A stretch of DNA of 63,350 nucleotides, counting the filler, from Reclinomonas americana ATCC 50394 (lineage: Eukaryota), in the NCBI GenBank assembly GCA_048213135.1. It is 41 parts of 41 records of this genome, joined end to end, with 100 filler letters (N's around TTAATTAATTAA, not from the genome) between each part and the next. Parts side by side here need not be neighbours in the genome. Positions count along the whole stretch, not along the records: positions 46,555 to 47,999 come from AFZH01025618.1; positions 48,100 to 49,543 come from AFZH01025619.1; positions 49,644 to 51,086 come from AFZH01025620.1; positions 51,187 to 52,626 come from AFZH01025621.1; positions 52,727 to 54,162 come from AFZH01025622.1; positions 54,263 to 55,695 come from AFZH01025623.1; positions 55,796 to 57,228 come from AFZH01025624.1; positions 57,329 to 58,760 come from AFZH01025625.1; 33 more parts are not named here. One strand, 5' to 3'. The notes beneath the pieces were generated by a model. That model worked only from the letters and a program-made list of their open reading frames with translations, was not told the DNA's origin and did no database searches. Shown piece after piece: positions 46,455 through 59,176 of this stretch. The first letter of the stretch is position 1. Each line of letters starts with the position of its first letter. The position numbers and the translations under genes are program-made.

Positions 46455-47199
46455 NNNNNNNNNNNNNNNNNNNNNNNNNNNNNNNNNNNNNNNNNNNNTT
46501 AATTAATTAANNNNNNNNNNNNNNNNNNNNNNNNNNNNNNNNNNNNNNNNNNNNGGCCGCCGCACCCTCCCACTCCACCGCCGGTTGCTGTTGGCGTCGG
46601 TGGTGAGGCCCGAGGCGACAGAGACACCGCACACATTGGCAGTGCCGGTGGCAGTGTAGATGTACAAGCTGGCAGCAGACGAGGCGTTGACGGTGCCTCC
46701 CACAGCTGTGTACGTATACGTGGCCTGAATGGCGGTCAAGGTGACGACAAAGGTCAGCGAAGTGTTGGTGATGTCGATGATGGTGACCGATCGAGTTGGC
46801 AGCGGTGAGGGTGGCACCGGCGCCAGCAAAGGCGGGCGCGGCAGTTCCCCGGGATCCAGCCGCGGTAGTAGCAGGCCCATCGACAGAGTGCCGACAGTGG
46901 CAACAGCGACACCGTCGGCCGAAAGTAAGTACGGATCCAAAGCCACCGCTACCACTGGTGATGGCGGCAGTAAGGTTGGCCACACAGTTGACAATGGTGC
47001 TGGCACAGCGCCCACGGACCTGCAGCCCACAATACATTCACGCGCGCGATTGCCGGCAGTAAGAGTGATTTCCAGTTGCGAAGCAGTGTCGAGCGCGCAG
47101 CAGTGCCGTTGCCAGTGTCGTTCTGCGCAGTCACGCGGATGCGGCATGTGGTGATCGCGCCACCATTCGATCCCGTCCTGCACCACCGTGCAAGTGAGG

Positions 47200-47780
47200 A
47201 TTGCGCAACACAACGGGAGCGCTCCATTTCATCACACTCACCATGGCACCACCAGCAGTGTAGTTGGCGAATGACCGCAGCAGCCTCCTGCGCCTCAGGG
47301 CCGTCGGCTGAGTGGAACAGCAGGTCGGCTACCACCCACAACTTCCGGCCATTGATCTCCGCCACAAAGCCATTCCGAAGCTGATTCATCGACACGGTGA
47401 GCTGTTTGTATGCTGACTTGTTGCTCGTCTCTGCAAGACCATTCTCGAGCGTAAGCACCTCGAGCGTAAATACGGCTCATCACTACCCGCGTATGCGCAC
47501 CTGGTGGCGTGAGACCAACGCACGGGAAGTAGCGGGATTTTCCAGAGCGCAGCTCATTGGCCGGCCGATTGACAATCGCCAGGTGCAATGCACCTGTTGG
47601 TCGCTGCGCGCGTGTGCTCAGTGACTCTGCAGCAGCGTAACAACGAAAACAGTCAGTGCACGCATGGCGGCAACAAGCAGTCCACAGCACTCACCCTTGA
47701 AGTCATCATAGTCTGTTTTTTGCAAACAATGCCACCACTTCGAATTCGTCAGCGCCGGCCTCTGCTGCCCTGACCTCCAT
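47200..47780 (-). mobile_element. Possible decayed CACTA/EnSpm (Plavaka-like) transposase remnant
   Basis: TGALHLAIVNRP...R...VGLTPPG, frameshift, LENG...LWVVADLLFHSADGPEAQ...HCWWCH; stops upstream. Confidence 0.4.
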
Positions 47781-49643
47781 CGCGTTATCATACTGCAATC
47801 AAGAGAGTCTCCCTTAGTCAAACAAACTGCAAAGTGAGCAGCTAAGAGCAACGGCGGCCTACCGTCAGTGAGACACCACTGTCAGTGCCGCGAATCTGAT
47901 CGTCGGTGCATGGCACAAAGGCCATCTTGCCGCCGGCAACAACATTTGTTGGAATGACGCACAGCAATTGGGTACTGCGTGGACGACCGGCGGAAAGCAN
48001 NNNNNNNNNNNNNNNNNNNNNNNNNNNNNNNNNNNNNNNNNNNTTAATTAATTAANNNNNNNNNNNNNNNNNNNNNNNNNNNNNNNNNNNNNNNNNNNNT
48101 TGTCGTCGCGAGTTGCGGCCGGCGGTCTTGATGCCGAGGAGTGAGACGGCACGGATGAGATTGGGCGTGTTGTTTGAGTGCACAGTCGATGGAGTGGGAT
48201 GAGCTCGTTGAGAATGTTATTGTGGAGGCGGAGCTCCGAGGGCGGTGAGAGTGTGTGGAGTGTTGCGGGCAGTGGCGGAGGACGTTAGTGACGAACACGA
48301 ATGTGAGTGGAGAGGGACTGTTGATGAGGTGTGTGTTTGGCGGGCGGACATATGTCGCTGGGCGTGTGGCCATGGGAGGCTCGCGAGTGATGTGTGAGTC
48401 CGATGCGGAGGACGGGCCAGCTGGTAAGTGTGCCTCGTCATTCATGCTGGATTGTTGGGTGTCGTTCTTATGTGCGCTCCTGGTGCAGGTTGGAGTGCCA
48501 ATGCACTGGGTTTGTGAATCATCTTGCTTCACATCGTTGTTGTTTTGCTCACTCACATGTTCCGCGGCCATGGCCAGGTGCATTCCATCGACACGGGTCC
48601 GCAGCTCGTTCTGATGCCTCCTGTTGCGTTCCACTTTGATGCTCGCTTCATGCACTCTGCGCTCACTCGCTCACTCACAACGTCGTGCTTGTACGCGCAG
48701 CTTCGCCCAGGCGTGGTGGACACGAGAGCAGTGGGCGGTCCCTCGTGTCGGAGGTGTGATTCGTGCGTGCCTTGATGTGTCACACTGCTCTGATTCCTCC
48801 TTTCCCGGCAGAGTGATGTCGACTCCGTCGCTGACGCGGGTGGCGATGCTCGTCGGGAGCCTGCCTCCGAGGTCTGCACCACCACTACTTCGCACGTCTC
48901 ATCCCTCTTTATTCATGTTTCTGTGGCACAGGTCAGCGAGGCGCACATTGGCCTTCAGTTCCGGCTGTACGCCTGGAGCGACGCACTGCTCTACGGAACC
49001 AAGCACGACGCTGCTGCGCATGTGAGATATCGCTTCTTTTCCTTCTCGATGTGCATGTGCGTCACACTCACTCGCCACGCTTGCAGTACGGCACGGTCAC
49101 CGAGCTGCTTGCATCGTACCGCGAGTGGATTCATGCGGCCGACGTCGAGTACCTGGAAGCGAGGCTGCCGAATGCACGTCGAGAGCATCCTGTATTTACT
49201 CGCATGACCGACGTTTTGCGCGATGCCGAGCGGTTGGCAAAGGAGGAGCGGGTGAACAACAGGATGAGTCGCATCACGGACGAGTATCTGCGCTCGTTGC
49301 CGGAGGTCGCCGAGAGCATCAGGTTGGTTGGCGAAAGGAATCTGCACGCTGCATTTCTTATTTCTTCTCCCTTTCCGATATCATCCTCCCTTCTCTGTGT
49401 TGTCGCCTTCCCGCTTCCGCACCCCCCTTCCGTCTTCCTCCTTCAGTCTTTCCCCCTTCCGTCTTTCCCCCTTCTGTCTTTCCCCCTTAAGCTTCGGTCT
49501 TCCCCCTTCGTCTTCCCCCTTCCGTCTTCCCCCTTCCGTCTTCNNNNNNNNNNNNNNNNNNNNNNNNNNNNNNNNNNNNNNNNNNNNTTAATTAATTAAN
49601 NNNNNNNNNNNNNNNNNNNNNNNNNNNNNNNNNNNNNNNNNNN

Positions 49644-51086
49644 CAGTGACAGTTGGTGGCAACGGACTGCTGCTGCCGACTGGAACGCCGCCGTTCACGT
49701 TCAGTGTGTGCGTGCAGTACTCGCCGACACCTGGATCGTACTTCAAGGTCGGGACGACGGAGTTTACTGGAGGTGAGTTGATTGTGGGGGGAAGAGGGGA
49801 GGGGAATCGGAGGAGAATGAGTTGGATGGCTGACTTTGTGGCACACGACAGTGTCGACGACGTCTGGATTCACGCCGAGTGTGATCAATCGAGTGGGAGC
49901 TGGAGCGGCGTTTACGATTCTCGGGCGAGGTCTGTCGACGAATGATGTTGTGCGACTGGAGGTGGGATCGATGACGTGCACGGCGAGTGGCGGCAGCTTC
50001 CCGGTGATGGTGAATGGGTCGGTGAGCGGCGGACCGGGAGCGCGACAACTGGCGGTGACAGCGCAGGGTGCGACGGCGGCGGCCGTAAGCGCTGGAAACT
50101 GTGCAGTGTGCATTCGGTTCGGCAACGTCGGCAACTTTTCACTGGTTGGATCGGTACAACTCGTCGTGGCTGACGCGACGTCTGCGAATCCGCCAGCCAT
50201 GGCCGCGCTGTCTGGGCGAACGATTCAGATCAGCGGCACTGCGATGCCAGACGTGAGCACCGATCCGCTGGCGTTTGTGCTGTCGTCGGGAACGTGCACT
50301 GGCACGCCGTCGAGTGTGGTGACGATGACGAGCATGCGGACGGTGGACACTCTGATCACACTGACGATTGACGCCAGCGCGACTGCAGCCGGGGCGTACA
50401 CGGTGTGTGTCCGGTGGCTGGCGACGAGTGCATACACAACGGCGAGTGGGTCAGCGGCGGCTCTGAATGTTGGTGAGTATCTTGGGAACGAGCTTGGTGG
50501 GGCAAGTGAGTGACTGACATTGTTTTATGTGCACGCACAGCCACGTGGTCAACTCAGGTACCTCGAGCCGTGTTCACGGTGACAACGCCGAGTCAGACGA
50601 TTGCGTTGACGGGAAGCTCGTTGGTGAATGTGAGCGGCGACACGGCGGCGTTTGTGATTTCGACGAGTTGTGCGGCGGCAGCAACGACTGCCGTGATCAG
50701 TGTGTCGTCATCAACGCTGCCGACGAGCATGGTGCTTGCGGTGAATGCGAGCAGTGTGGCGGCGGGATCGTATGTGCTGTGTGTGCGATGGAGCAATGCT
50801 GCGTTTGCGCAGTACACGCAAGTTGGGAGCCTTGGAGTTGGTGAGTGGTAGTGGGAGAGGGAGTGCATATGTGTGTGTGGTGGATGTGGATGTGAGTGGT
50901 GGAGCAGTGTCGGCTGACTCGTGTGTGATTGTCTTTCGTGTGTGTGGCGTCACAGCCAATGTGACGAGTCTGTCGGTGCCTGCGATCAACAACCGAACGG
51001 GACAGACGGTGTCGCTGAGTGGAGCGGGATTTGTGACGCTGCTGTCGAGTAGTCTCGGGGCGGCGTATGATGCGTCGGCGGTGATT
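49644..51086 (+). CDS. Surface protein with tandem about 100-aa Ig/IPT-like repeats, roughly one to two per exon, partial
   Basis: Recurring FSVCVQY, CAVCIRF, YTVCVRW, YVLCVRW...Y..VG; Ser/Thr-rich; phase-1 GTGAGT introns. Confidence 0.65.
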
Positions 51087-51186
51087 NNNNNNNNNNNNNN
51101 NNNNNNNNNNNNNNNNNNNNNNNNNNNNNNTTAATTAATTAANNNNNNNNNNNNNNNNNNNNNNNNNNNNNNNNNNNNNNNNNNNN

Positions 51187-51798
51187 GGGCGACACTGCTG
51201 CCGCTGGCGCTCCGCCGCGGTCCGTAGTGATTCCTCCGTTGCCTCTGGCTCGCCTCACTGGCAACTCGACCACACCCAGTACCGCTGCTGTTGCGTTTGG
51301 CGCTGCCCCGGTTTTTTTCTTTTCGTGTTCTTTTTCCGGTGGTCACTCATTATGTATGTGTCCACACAGGCTCCGCTGGCGAGTGCGGCAGCGACCGATG
51401 CCAACGAAGGCGGAGTCGGCCGTGCGACGCCACTGCCACCGCCGCAACTCGGCGTTGTCGGGCGCCCATCGCCGACTTTGCCTCCGCCGCTTCCAGCCGC
51501 CCGCGCTCTGCCACGGTCGGGTGCAATCGAAATGGGTGCGCTGGCTGGCTCTCGTGGTCCTCTTCTTGGTCCGGACGGTGTAGGAGGCGGATTGCAGCCT
51601 ACCTCAGGCGCCTCGCGACCGCAACCCATGGGACGCGAGCGTCCGGCCACGCTCCTCGGCGAGAGTGGAATCGCCGGCATGCCGGGCATGATGATGCCGC
51701 CTGGCATGCTGCGTCGTCCGCCGGGCCCGCCACCGCGTGGTCCTGGCTCGCAGACGCCTCTACCTCCACCTCCACCGCCACCATCCTCACAACTGTAA
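51187..51798 (+). CDS. Proline-rich C-terminal exons of an unidentified eukaryotic gene, copy 1
   Basis: Intron 51290-51369 joins in frame; ends PPPPPPPSSQL-stop. Confidence 0.6.
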   Translation, partial: GRHCCRWRSAAVRSDSSVASGSPHWQLDHTQYRCCCVWRCPGFFLFVFFFRWSLIMYVSTQAPLASAAATDANEGGVGRATPLPPPQLGVVGRPSPTLPPPLPAARALPRSGAIEMGALAGSRGPLLGPDGVGGGLQPTSGASRPQPMGRERPATLLGESGIAGMPGMMMPPGMLRRPPGPPPRGPGSQTPLPPPPPPPSSQL

Positions 51799-52950
51799 TC
51801 GACCTAAGTGTATTTTTCTGTGTTATTGACAGTTTGCGGGGTGGGAGGGGGCGAGGTCAGAACAAGGCACTGATTCTTGTATATTGGCCAACTAGCGGGG
51901 TACCGCTGGTCCCCAAGCTGCCGGGGCTGCGACGCGTCGGATTCATGCCTCGACCGTAATTACGTGACTTTTGCGCGCGAAAACGCAACGTTGCTTTTTT
52001 TCATTTTGCGAGAGAGAAAAGATGAGCGCGCGACGCCACTCTCTGGCCGGTGCGGTGACCTCCACTCACCAGCCGCATCCACACCGTCGACACGAACAGG
52101 CCGCAGTGAGCGGGAGTGGTGGAGCAGGCGCACCGCGCGTCGTTGGTTCCGCCTCGCGTCACACCCCAGCCACCTCTGCTGCCGCGCGCACCTCGACCGC
52201 CGCGGGTCCAGTGTCGGCCGGCCGCTCCGTCAGTGCCACGCGACGACGCAAGCCGGGGTGGAATGTTGCGCACACCAAAGAGAGAGAAGTACAGAGAGAG
52301 TGGGTGTGTCAGTTCAAGTCGCCCCTCTCACGCACAATCGTGAACAGAGCACTGTTTCTGATCTGGAGACACTGCGACCGACTCCCGAGGAACAGGTGTG
52401 TGCACTCAGTATGAGGAAGAGAAAGGTGCGTGTGCTGACAGTTGCTCTTCGTGCCAACAGCGGCGTCGCAAGGAGCAGAGTCGATCAAAGAATTTGGAGC
52501 GCGCGCGTGTCGAGTGGGAGGGCAAGCTCAAGTCTCTGGGTGCGTGCATATGTGTGTTTACTATGTGCAGTCGCCACACTCACATGTGAGACAGAGTGGG
52601 GAGGAGGTGTTCGACGATTGGATTTTNNNNNNNNNNNNNNNNNNNNNNNNNNNNNNNNNNNNNNNNNNNNTTAATTAATTAANNNNNNNNNNNNNNNNNN
52701 NNNNNNNNNNNNNNNNNNNNNNNNNNACACACACACGCGCGCCTGTTCACTGTCTGCTCACAAGTCGTGTGTAGACACACACACAGAGGAGACGCGCGCG
52801 ACACACAAACACTGACAACAAAGCGCGTGTGTGATGGCAAACCGTGCAATGGACAGAGCGAGCACTGTCCACGTGCGTTGTCTCTCAGAAAAATCACTCC
52901 AAGAGCGCTCTCTGTGCGCCTTCTCTCACTCACACACACTTCCACACGAG

Positions 52951-53975
52951 ATGGGCGACTTGTCTGGGGCCATTGAGTTCATCAAAGGTCGGTGTGCAGC
53001 GTGCCACACAAATAGCACACAGAGAGAGAGCAACAGAGAGAACAGAGAGAGAGAGTTGTTTCTCTCACACACAGAGGGAGAGCACAGAGAGCAGAGTGAG
53101 TGACAGGCAAACAGTGAGCACACGCACACACACACAAAGAGTTCTCTCTGACAGTGTAATTGTTCGGAGAGTGCTTACGTCGTCTTCTCTTTCTCCTTTC
53201 TGTCTCTTTGTGTGTGCGTGTGTGCAGATAAGCTCTACTTCATCTCGCTCAAGTCCGCTCCGGCCGACTCGGATCAAGAGCACTTCTTCTCGGTCGACGA
53301 GGTGTTGTTCTACGAGCCCTTTTTCGCCGATTTTGGTCCGCTTCACCTCGGCTCCACCTACCGCTTTTGTCAGCTGTTGGATGAGAAGCGAAAGGTGTGT
53401 GTGTGTGAGAGAGAGAGAAGTTGTTGATTTTTACTTGGAGTGTGTGTGTGAGCCGTTTGGTCTGGTTTTTCGTCACTCATGACGTGCATTTCGGCAGACG
53501 GAGGCACGCCGGATTTACTTTTACTCGAGTCACGATGGACACAAGAGAGCAAATGCCGCGTGCTTGATCTGCCTGTATGCTGTTGCGTGAGGCAAACTCG
53601 GCGCACCCCTGTTTCTTTTTTTCCAACTGTATCTCACATCAAAACCGATGATATAGTTGCTGCGATTGGGTCGGTCGGCGGAGGAAGCGTATGCGCCGTT
53701 TGTCGGCATTTACCCGCCGTTCATTCCGTTCCGCGATGCGTCGTTTGGGATCAGCACGTACAACCTGACGATTCTCGACTGTCTGCGCGGCATGCAGCGG
53801 GCGGTGGAGAACAAGTTTTTCGAGTACGACAAGTTTGATGTGGACGAGTATGAGCACATGGAGAGGGTGGAGAATGGCGACATGAATTGGATCGTGCCGG
53901 GCAAGTTTCTCGCCTTTTCCGGGCCCAATGCGGTGGCACAGGAGTTTGATGGGGGATTGAGGACGTACATTGTAG
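52951..53975 (+). CDS. CDC14: Cdc14 dual-specificity phosphatase, N-terminal part (exons 52951-52987, 53228-53394, 53498-53581, 53657-about 53975)
   Basis: IEFIKDKLYF...[23 protein letters not shown]...KRANAACLI...PFRDASFG...[31 protein letters not shown]. Confidence 0.95.
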
Positions 53976-54123
53976 GTGAGCGAAGGGAAAGGGGATAAAG
54001 GGAAAGGGAGACAAAGGGAAAGGGAGAAGGATGGGGAGTCGTGCTTTGTTTGGTTTCTGTTTCGGTGTGGTATTCTCGTGATATTTGTTTTGTTTCTGTG
54101 TCTGTTATTCATTCTGGAGACTT

Positions 54124-54162
<39 letters not shown>

Positions 54163-54262
54163 NNNNNNNNNNNNNNNNNNNNNNNNNNNNNNNNNNNNNN
54201 NNNNNNTTAATTAATTAANNNNNNNNNNNNNNNNNNNNNNNNNNNNNNNNNNNNNNNNNNNN

Positions 54263-55695
54263 GGTGCAGGCATGCCATCGAGACGGCAGCCTTGTGCCAG
54301 TGGAACTGTCGGTGGTGGAGTGCGAGGTGAATGAGCGACGAGTTTTCGCCGTGTACATGATCGAGGCTACGGAGAAGCTGGCGGCTATGAGAGCAGCCAC
54401 GCTGCAGATGGAGAAGGTGAGGGAGAAGGGTAGGGGGGAGAGAGAGAGCATGGTGCGGTGTACTGACTCGTCGCTTGTAATGTGTGTGATGCAGGCCGAG
54501 TGCATGATTCACACGTTCCCCGAGGGCATGATCATGTCGGATCTGCAGGGCAAGATCCAGCAAGTGAACGAGGCGGGTCTGCAGTTGTTCGGGTACTCGA
54601 ATGCAGCGGATCTGGTTGGTCGCAACATCCGCGTGCTGATGCCCATGCCACACTCGGAGCGACACGACTCGTTGCGTGTGTCATGAAAGTAGGAGTATGA
54701 ACCAGAGAGGCAAGCTGATTGTTCTTTTGTGTGGCATGCAGGTACATGGCGCACTACCTCGCAGCGCAGGCAGCGCCGGACGGTCAAGTCCGTGCTCTGG
54801 CGCAGCAGTTGCGGCAATAGCTCTTTTTGTGACTCACTGTTCTCTTTCATGGCCGCACACTCATCGTGAGTTTCCATGCAGTGGTCGAGAGGTGCAAGCA
54901 CTGTGCAAGAACGGGTCGATGATTGCCGTGCGCGTGCACGTGCTTGATGTGTCGGTACACGGCGAGCGATGCTTCTGTGCGCTGGTCCAGAGCAATGTGG
55001 ACGAGGCCAAGGTGCGCGCTGGATTCGAGGAGCGCATCGACGAGATGACAAACATGCTGTCGATGACATCGGATGCTGTTGCGTGAGCTGACAGATTGCG
55101 TGTCAGTGACGTGCTTTTACTCATGCTCCGTGAGCGACAGATTGTGTGGGCGGACGAGAATGGCGATGTAACGTGGTGCAATATGGCTGTGCCGCGCCTC
55201 CTGGGCTACACGGTGGAGGAGTTGACAACTGCACAAGGTGCGTTGACTTGATAGATGCGGAGTTCAAGGCTCGTGACTGACGCGTGTGGCGCAGCGGTGC
55301 CACGAGTAACGCTGCAAGTACTGCTGAAACCACTCACTGTGCACGACCTGGTGCAATGCGGTAGAGCTGGCTTGGCGGCTGAGGTGACACGCAAGGATGG
55401 GCACAAGTTGTGTTTCTGTGACCTGTTGAGTAGCAATCAATGTGACTGTGTTGTGATTACTGACGCGCTGGGGTGTTTGTGTAGAGTGCTGCTGATGGTG
55501 CGCGGCACTGAAGAGAATGTGGAGGGACAGCAACGGATCATTGTGTGCTTCTCGGAGCCGAACTCGCAGATGCGGGCGATTCGAGAGCAGCACGAGCGCA
55601 ACGACAACCTGCAGGAGGTGAGGAGACACGGAGATGCTGGTGCTTGACTGCAGCTATGCTCATGCGTCGTAATGGTTGCAGCTGTTGGGCATGTC
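54263..55695 (+). CDS. Multi-PAS-domain sensor protein (at least 3 PAS repeats), multi-exon, partial
   Basis: HRDGSLVPVELSV; EGMIMSDLQGKIQQVNEAGLQLFGY...LVGRNIRVLMPMPHSERHDSYMAHYL...REVQALCKNGS; DAIVWADENGDVTWCN...LLGYTVEEL. Confidence 0.88.
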
Positions 55696-55795
55696 NNNNN
55701 NNNNNNNNNNNNNNNNNNNNNNNNNNNNNNNNNNNNNNNTTAATTAATTAANNNNNNNNNNNNNNNNNNNNNNNNNNNNNNNNNNNNNNNNNNNN

Positions 55796-56412
55796 TGGCG
55801 ACACTGCTGCCGCTGGCGCTCCGCCGCGGTCCGTAGTGATTCCTCCGTTGCCTCTGGCTCGCCTCACTGGCAACTCCACCACACCCGGTACCGCTGCTGT
55901 TGCGTTTGGCGCTGCCCCAGTTTTTTCTTTTCGTGTTCTTTTTCCGGTGGTCACTCATTATGTATGTGTCCACACAGGCTCCGCTGGCAAGTGCGGCAGC
56001 GACCGATGCCAACGAAGGTGGAGTCGGCCGTGCGACGCCACTGCCACCGCCGCAACTCGGCGTTGTCGGGCGCCCATCGCCGTCTCTGCCTCCGCCTCTT
56101 CCAGCCGCCCGCGCTCTGCCACGGTCTGGTGCAATCGAAATGGGTGCGCTGGCCGGCTCTCGTGGTCCTCTTCTTGGTCCGGACGGTGTAGGAGGCGGAT
56201 TGCAGCCTACCTCAGGCGCCTCGCGACCGCAACCCATGGGACGCGAGCGTCCAGCCACGCTACTCGGTGAGAGTGGAATCGCCGGCATGCCGGGCATGAT
56301 GATGCCGCCTGGCATGCTGCGTCGTCCGCCGGGCCCGCCGCCGCGTGGTCCTGGCTCGCAGACACCTCTGCCTCCTCCTCCACCGCCGCCGCCACCATCC
56401 TCACAACTGTAA
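55796..56412 (+). CDS. Proline-rich C-terminal exons, copy 2 (contig near-identical to 51187-52626)
   Basis: Colinear over the whole contig, with scattered SNPs and small indels. Confidence 0.6.
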
Positions 56413-57518
56413 TCGACCTAAGTGTATTTTTCTGTGTTATTGACAGTTTGCGGGGTGGGAGGGGGGCGAGGTCAGAACAAGGCACTGATTCTTGTACATT
56501 GGCCAACTAGCGGGGTACCGCTGCTCCCCAAGCTGCCGGGGCTGCGACGCGTCGAATTCATGCCTCGACCGTATGCACTTTTGCGCGCGAAAACGCAACG
56601 TTGCTTTTTTTCATTTTGCGAGAGAGAAAAGATGAGCGCGCGACGCCACTCTCTGGCCGGTGCGATGACCTCCACTCACCAGCTACATCCACACCGTCGA
56701 CACGAACAGGCCGCAGTGAGCGGTAGTGGTGGAGCAGGCGCACCGCGCGTCGTTGGTTCCGCCTCACGTCACACCCCAGCCACCTCTGCTGCCGCGCGCA
56801 CCTCGACCGCCGCGGGTCCATTGTCGGCCGGCCGCTCCGTCAGTGCCACGCGACGACGCAAGCCGGGGTGGAATGTTGCGCACACCAAAGAGAGAGAGAG
56901 AAACAGAGAGTGTGTCAGTTCACGTCGCCCCTCTCACGCACAATCGTACACAGAGCACTGTTTCTGATCTGGAGACACTGCGACCGACTCCCGAGGAACA
57001 GGTGTGTGCACTCAGAATGAGGAAGAGAAAGGTGCGTGTGCTGACAGTTGCTCTTCGTGCCAACAGCGGCGTCGCAAGGAGCAGAGTCGATCAAAGAATT
57101 TGGAGCGCGCGCGTGTCGAGTGGGAGGGCAAGCTCAAGTCTCTGGGTGCGTGCATATGTGTGTTTACTATGTGCAGTCGCCACACTCACATGTGAGACAG
57201 AGTGGGGAGGAGGTGTTCGACGATTGGANNNNNNNNNNNNNNNNNNNNNNNNNNNNNNNNNNNNNNNNNNNNTTAATTAATTAANNNNNNNNNNNNNNNN
57301 NNNNNNNNNNNNNNNNNNNNNNNNNNNNACAAGCATTTGTGAAGGAGAGCGGGGAATGACATGAACGAGAAGGGCAGAGAAGTGGGGAGGGAGACGGGAG
57401 GGGAAGGGAGTGAGTTGTGTGAGTGTGAGATATGAATCGGGGCACAGCTGGGCGCGGGACGGACGAGAAGTCATGACGCTGTGGATTCACTTTTAAAGCC
57501 ACCTCTGTGTGTGGCCCA

Positions 57519-58571
57519 TCACCAATGCAGGTTGGGGTCCGTGCGACAGCGGAACACCACCACTTCGGCCTCCTCCACCAAGAAGCACCGCAGTACCATC
57601 TCCGGCAGACACCGCGAATCCACTTCCTTTTGCGCTTCCTGCACGGCCTGCAGAGCTCGTCGCGCGCTCTCGAGTTCGTGGCAGGCAGCGGCAAACGGTG
57701 ACGACCACACGCGCACGGTCTTGTCCTTGCATCCACTCACCACGTGCTGCCCGTCGGGAGAGACGGCCACAGACATCACACCCGAGTACGTTTCCAATCG
57801 TCGCACCTCCTCGCCACTTGCCAGCGACCAAACTCGCACCAACCCATCATCGCCTCCACTCACCACGTGCCGACCGTCGGGCGTGATCGCCACGCAGAAC
57901 ACGTACTTGCCCGCGTGACCCTCCAACCGGTACACCTCGTCTCCGCTCGTCAGCGACCACACTCGCATCGCCTTATCCCCCGCACTCGCGAGGTGCTGAC
58001 CGTCGGGAGAGACAGCGACCGACGATACGCGATGGCCGGGGACATCAAACCGCTGCACGAGTTCACCACTTGCCACGGACCACACGCGAATCGATTCGTC
58101 AAACAAGCCACCTCCACTGACAATGTGCCGCCCGTCGGCGGTGACGGCAACACACAACACCGCGGCGATGTGTCCGTCCAACAGTCGCACCTCCTCACCA
58201 CTCGCCAGCGACCACACTCGCACAGTCATGTCTGCACTCCCGCTCACAATGAACCGATTGTCGGGTGTGACCGCCACTGCATGCACCTGTCGCGTGTACC
58301 CATCCAGCTGTCGCACTTGCTCGCCGCTCTCCATCGACCACACGCGCACGCTTTCATCCTCGCCTCCACTCACCACGTGCAGACCGTCGGGCGTGACAGC
58401 CACTGAGCGCACCCACCACGAGTGCCCGGCGAACAGACGCACTTGCTCGCCACTTGCCAGTGACCACACACGCACAGTCTTATCAGAGCTTCCACTCACA
58501 AAGTGCTGACCGTCGGGTGTGACAGCGAGGCACAGAACACCACCAGTGTGACCTGTCAGACACCGGTGCAT
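57519..58571 (-). CDS. WD40-repeat protein (7 repeats), intronless
   Basis: Seven GH...V..VAVTPDG...VSG..D..VRVWS units. Confidence 0.93.
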   Translation of the reverse strand: MHRCLTGHTGGVLCLAVTPDGQHFVSGSSDKTVRVWSLASGEQVRLFAGHSWWVRSVAVTPDGLHVVSGGEDESVRVWSMESGEQVRQLDGYTRQVHAVAVTPDNRFIVSGSADMTVRVWSLASGEEVRLLDGHIAAVLCVAVTADGRHIVSGGGLFDESIRVWSVASGELVQRFDVPGHRVSSVAVSPDGQHLASAGDKAMRVWSLTSGDEVYRLEGHAGKYVFCVAITPDGRHVVSGGDDGLVRVWSLASGEEVRRLETYSGVMSVAVSPDGQHVVSGCKDKTVRVWSSPFAAACHELESARRALQAVQEAQKEVDSRCLPEMVLRCFLVEEAEVVVFRCRTDPNLHW

Positions 58572-59176
58572 GACGCAAGGGTGAGAGTCGCGCACAGCAC
58601 GACAAATTTTCCGCTCACTTGCTCCTTTTGTGTGTGATCACGCGCGCGCGCATCTCTCAATGGGTAATCTGTGCTCGAAAGTCGCCGATGTTGCGCAACA
58701 CGCAGGCACGCGTGACATTAACGGCAGTGGTGGTGACGAGAAGTACGCACACGCACGCACNNNNNNNNNNNNNNNNNNNNNNNNNNNNNNNNNNNNNNNN
58801 NNNNTTAATTAATTAANNNNNNNNNNNNNNNNNNNNNNNNNNNNNNNNNNNNNNNNNNNNTCTTTCTCTCTCTCCCCTTCCGTCGACTCAAATGTGCCTC
58901 TTTCGCAGACATCGCCGTGTGGTGATTGCTGCTTGCAGTGCTGGTGCAGTCTGTGCGCTGTGTGCCAAGTACACCGCGAGATCCGACACTTTTCGTTGCA
59001 CAAGAACCCACCGCTGGAGCTGGGTGTGCCACACGCCCAGGGTGCCATGTCCAGCGTACCACCGGCAGTGGAGCTGCAGCAAGTGCGACGCTAGTCGCAC
59101 GATGGCACTCTTTCCTCACAACACTCCTTCTCTGTGACACTGTGTTGATTGTAAATTCTTTTTTTCATTTCTCCAC

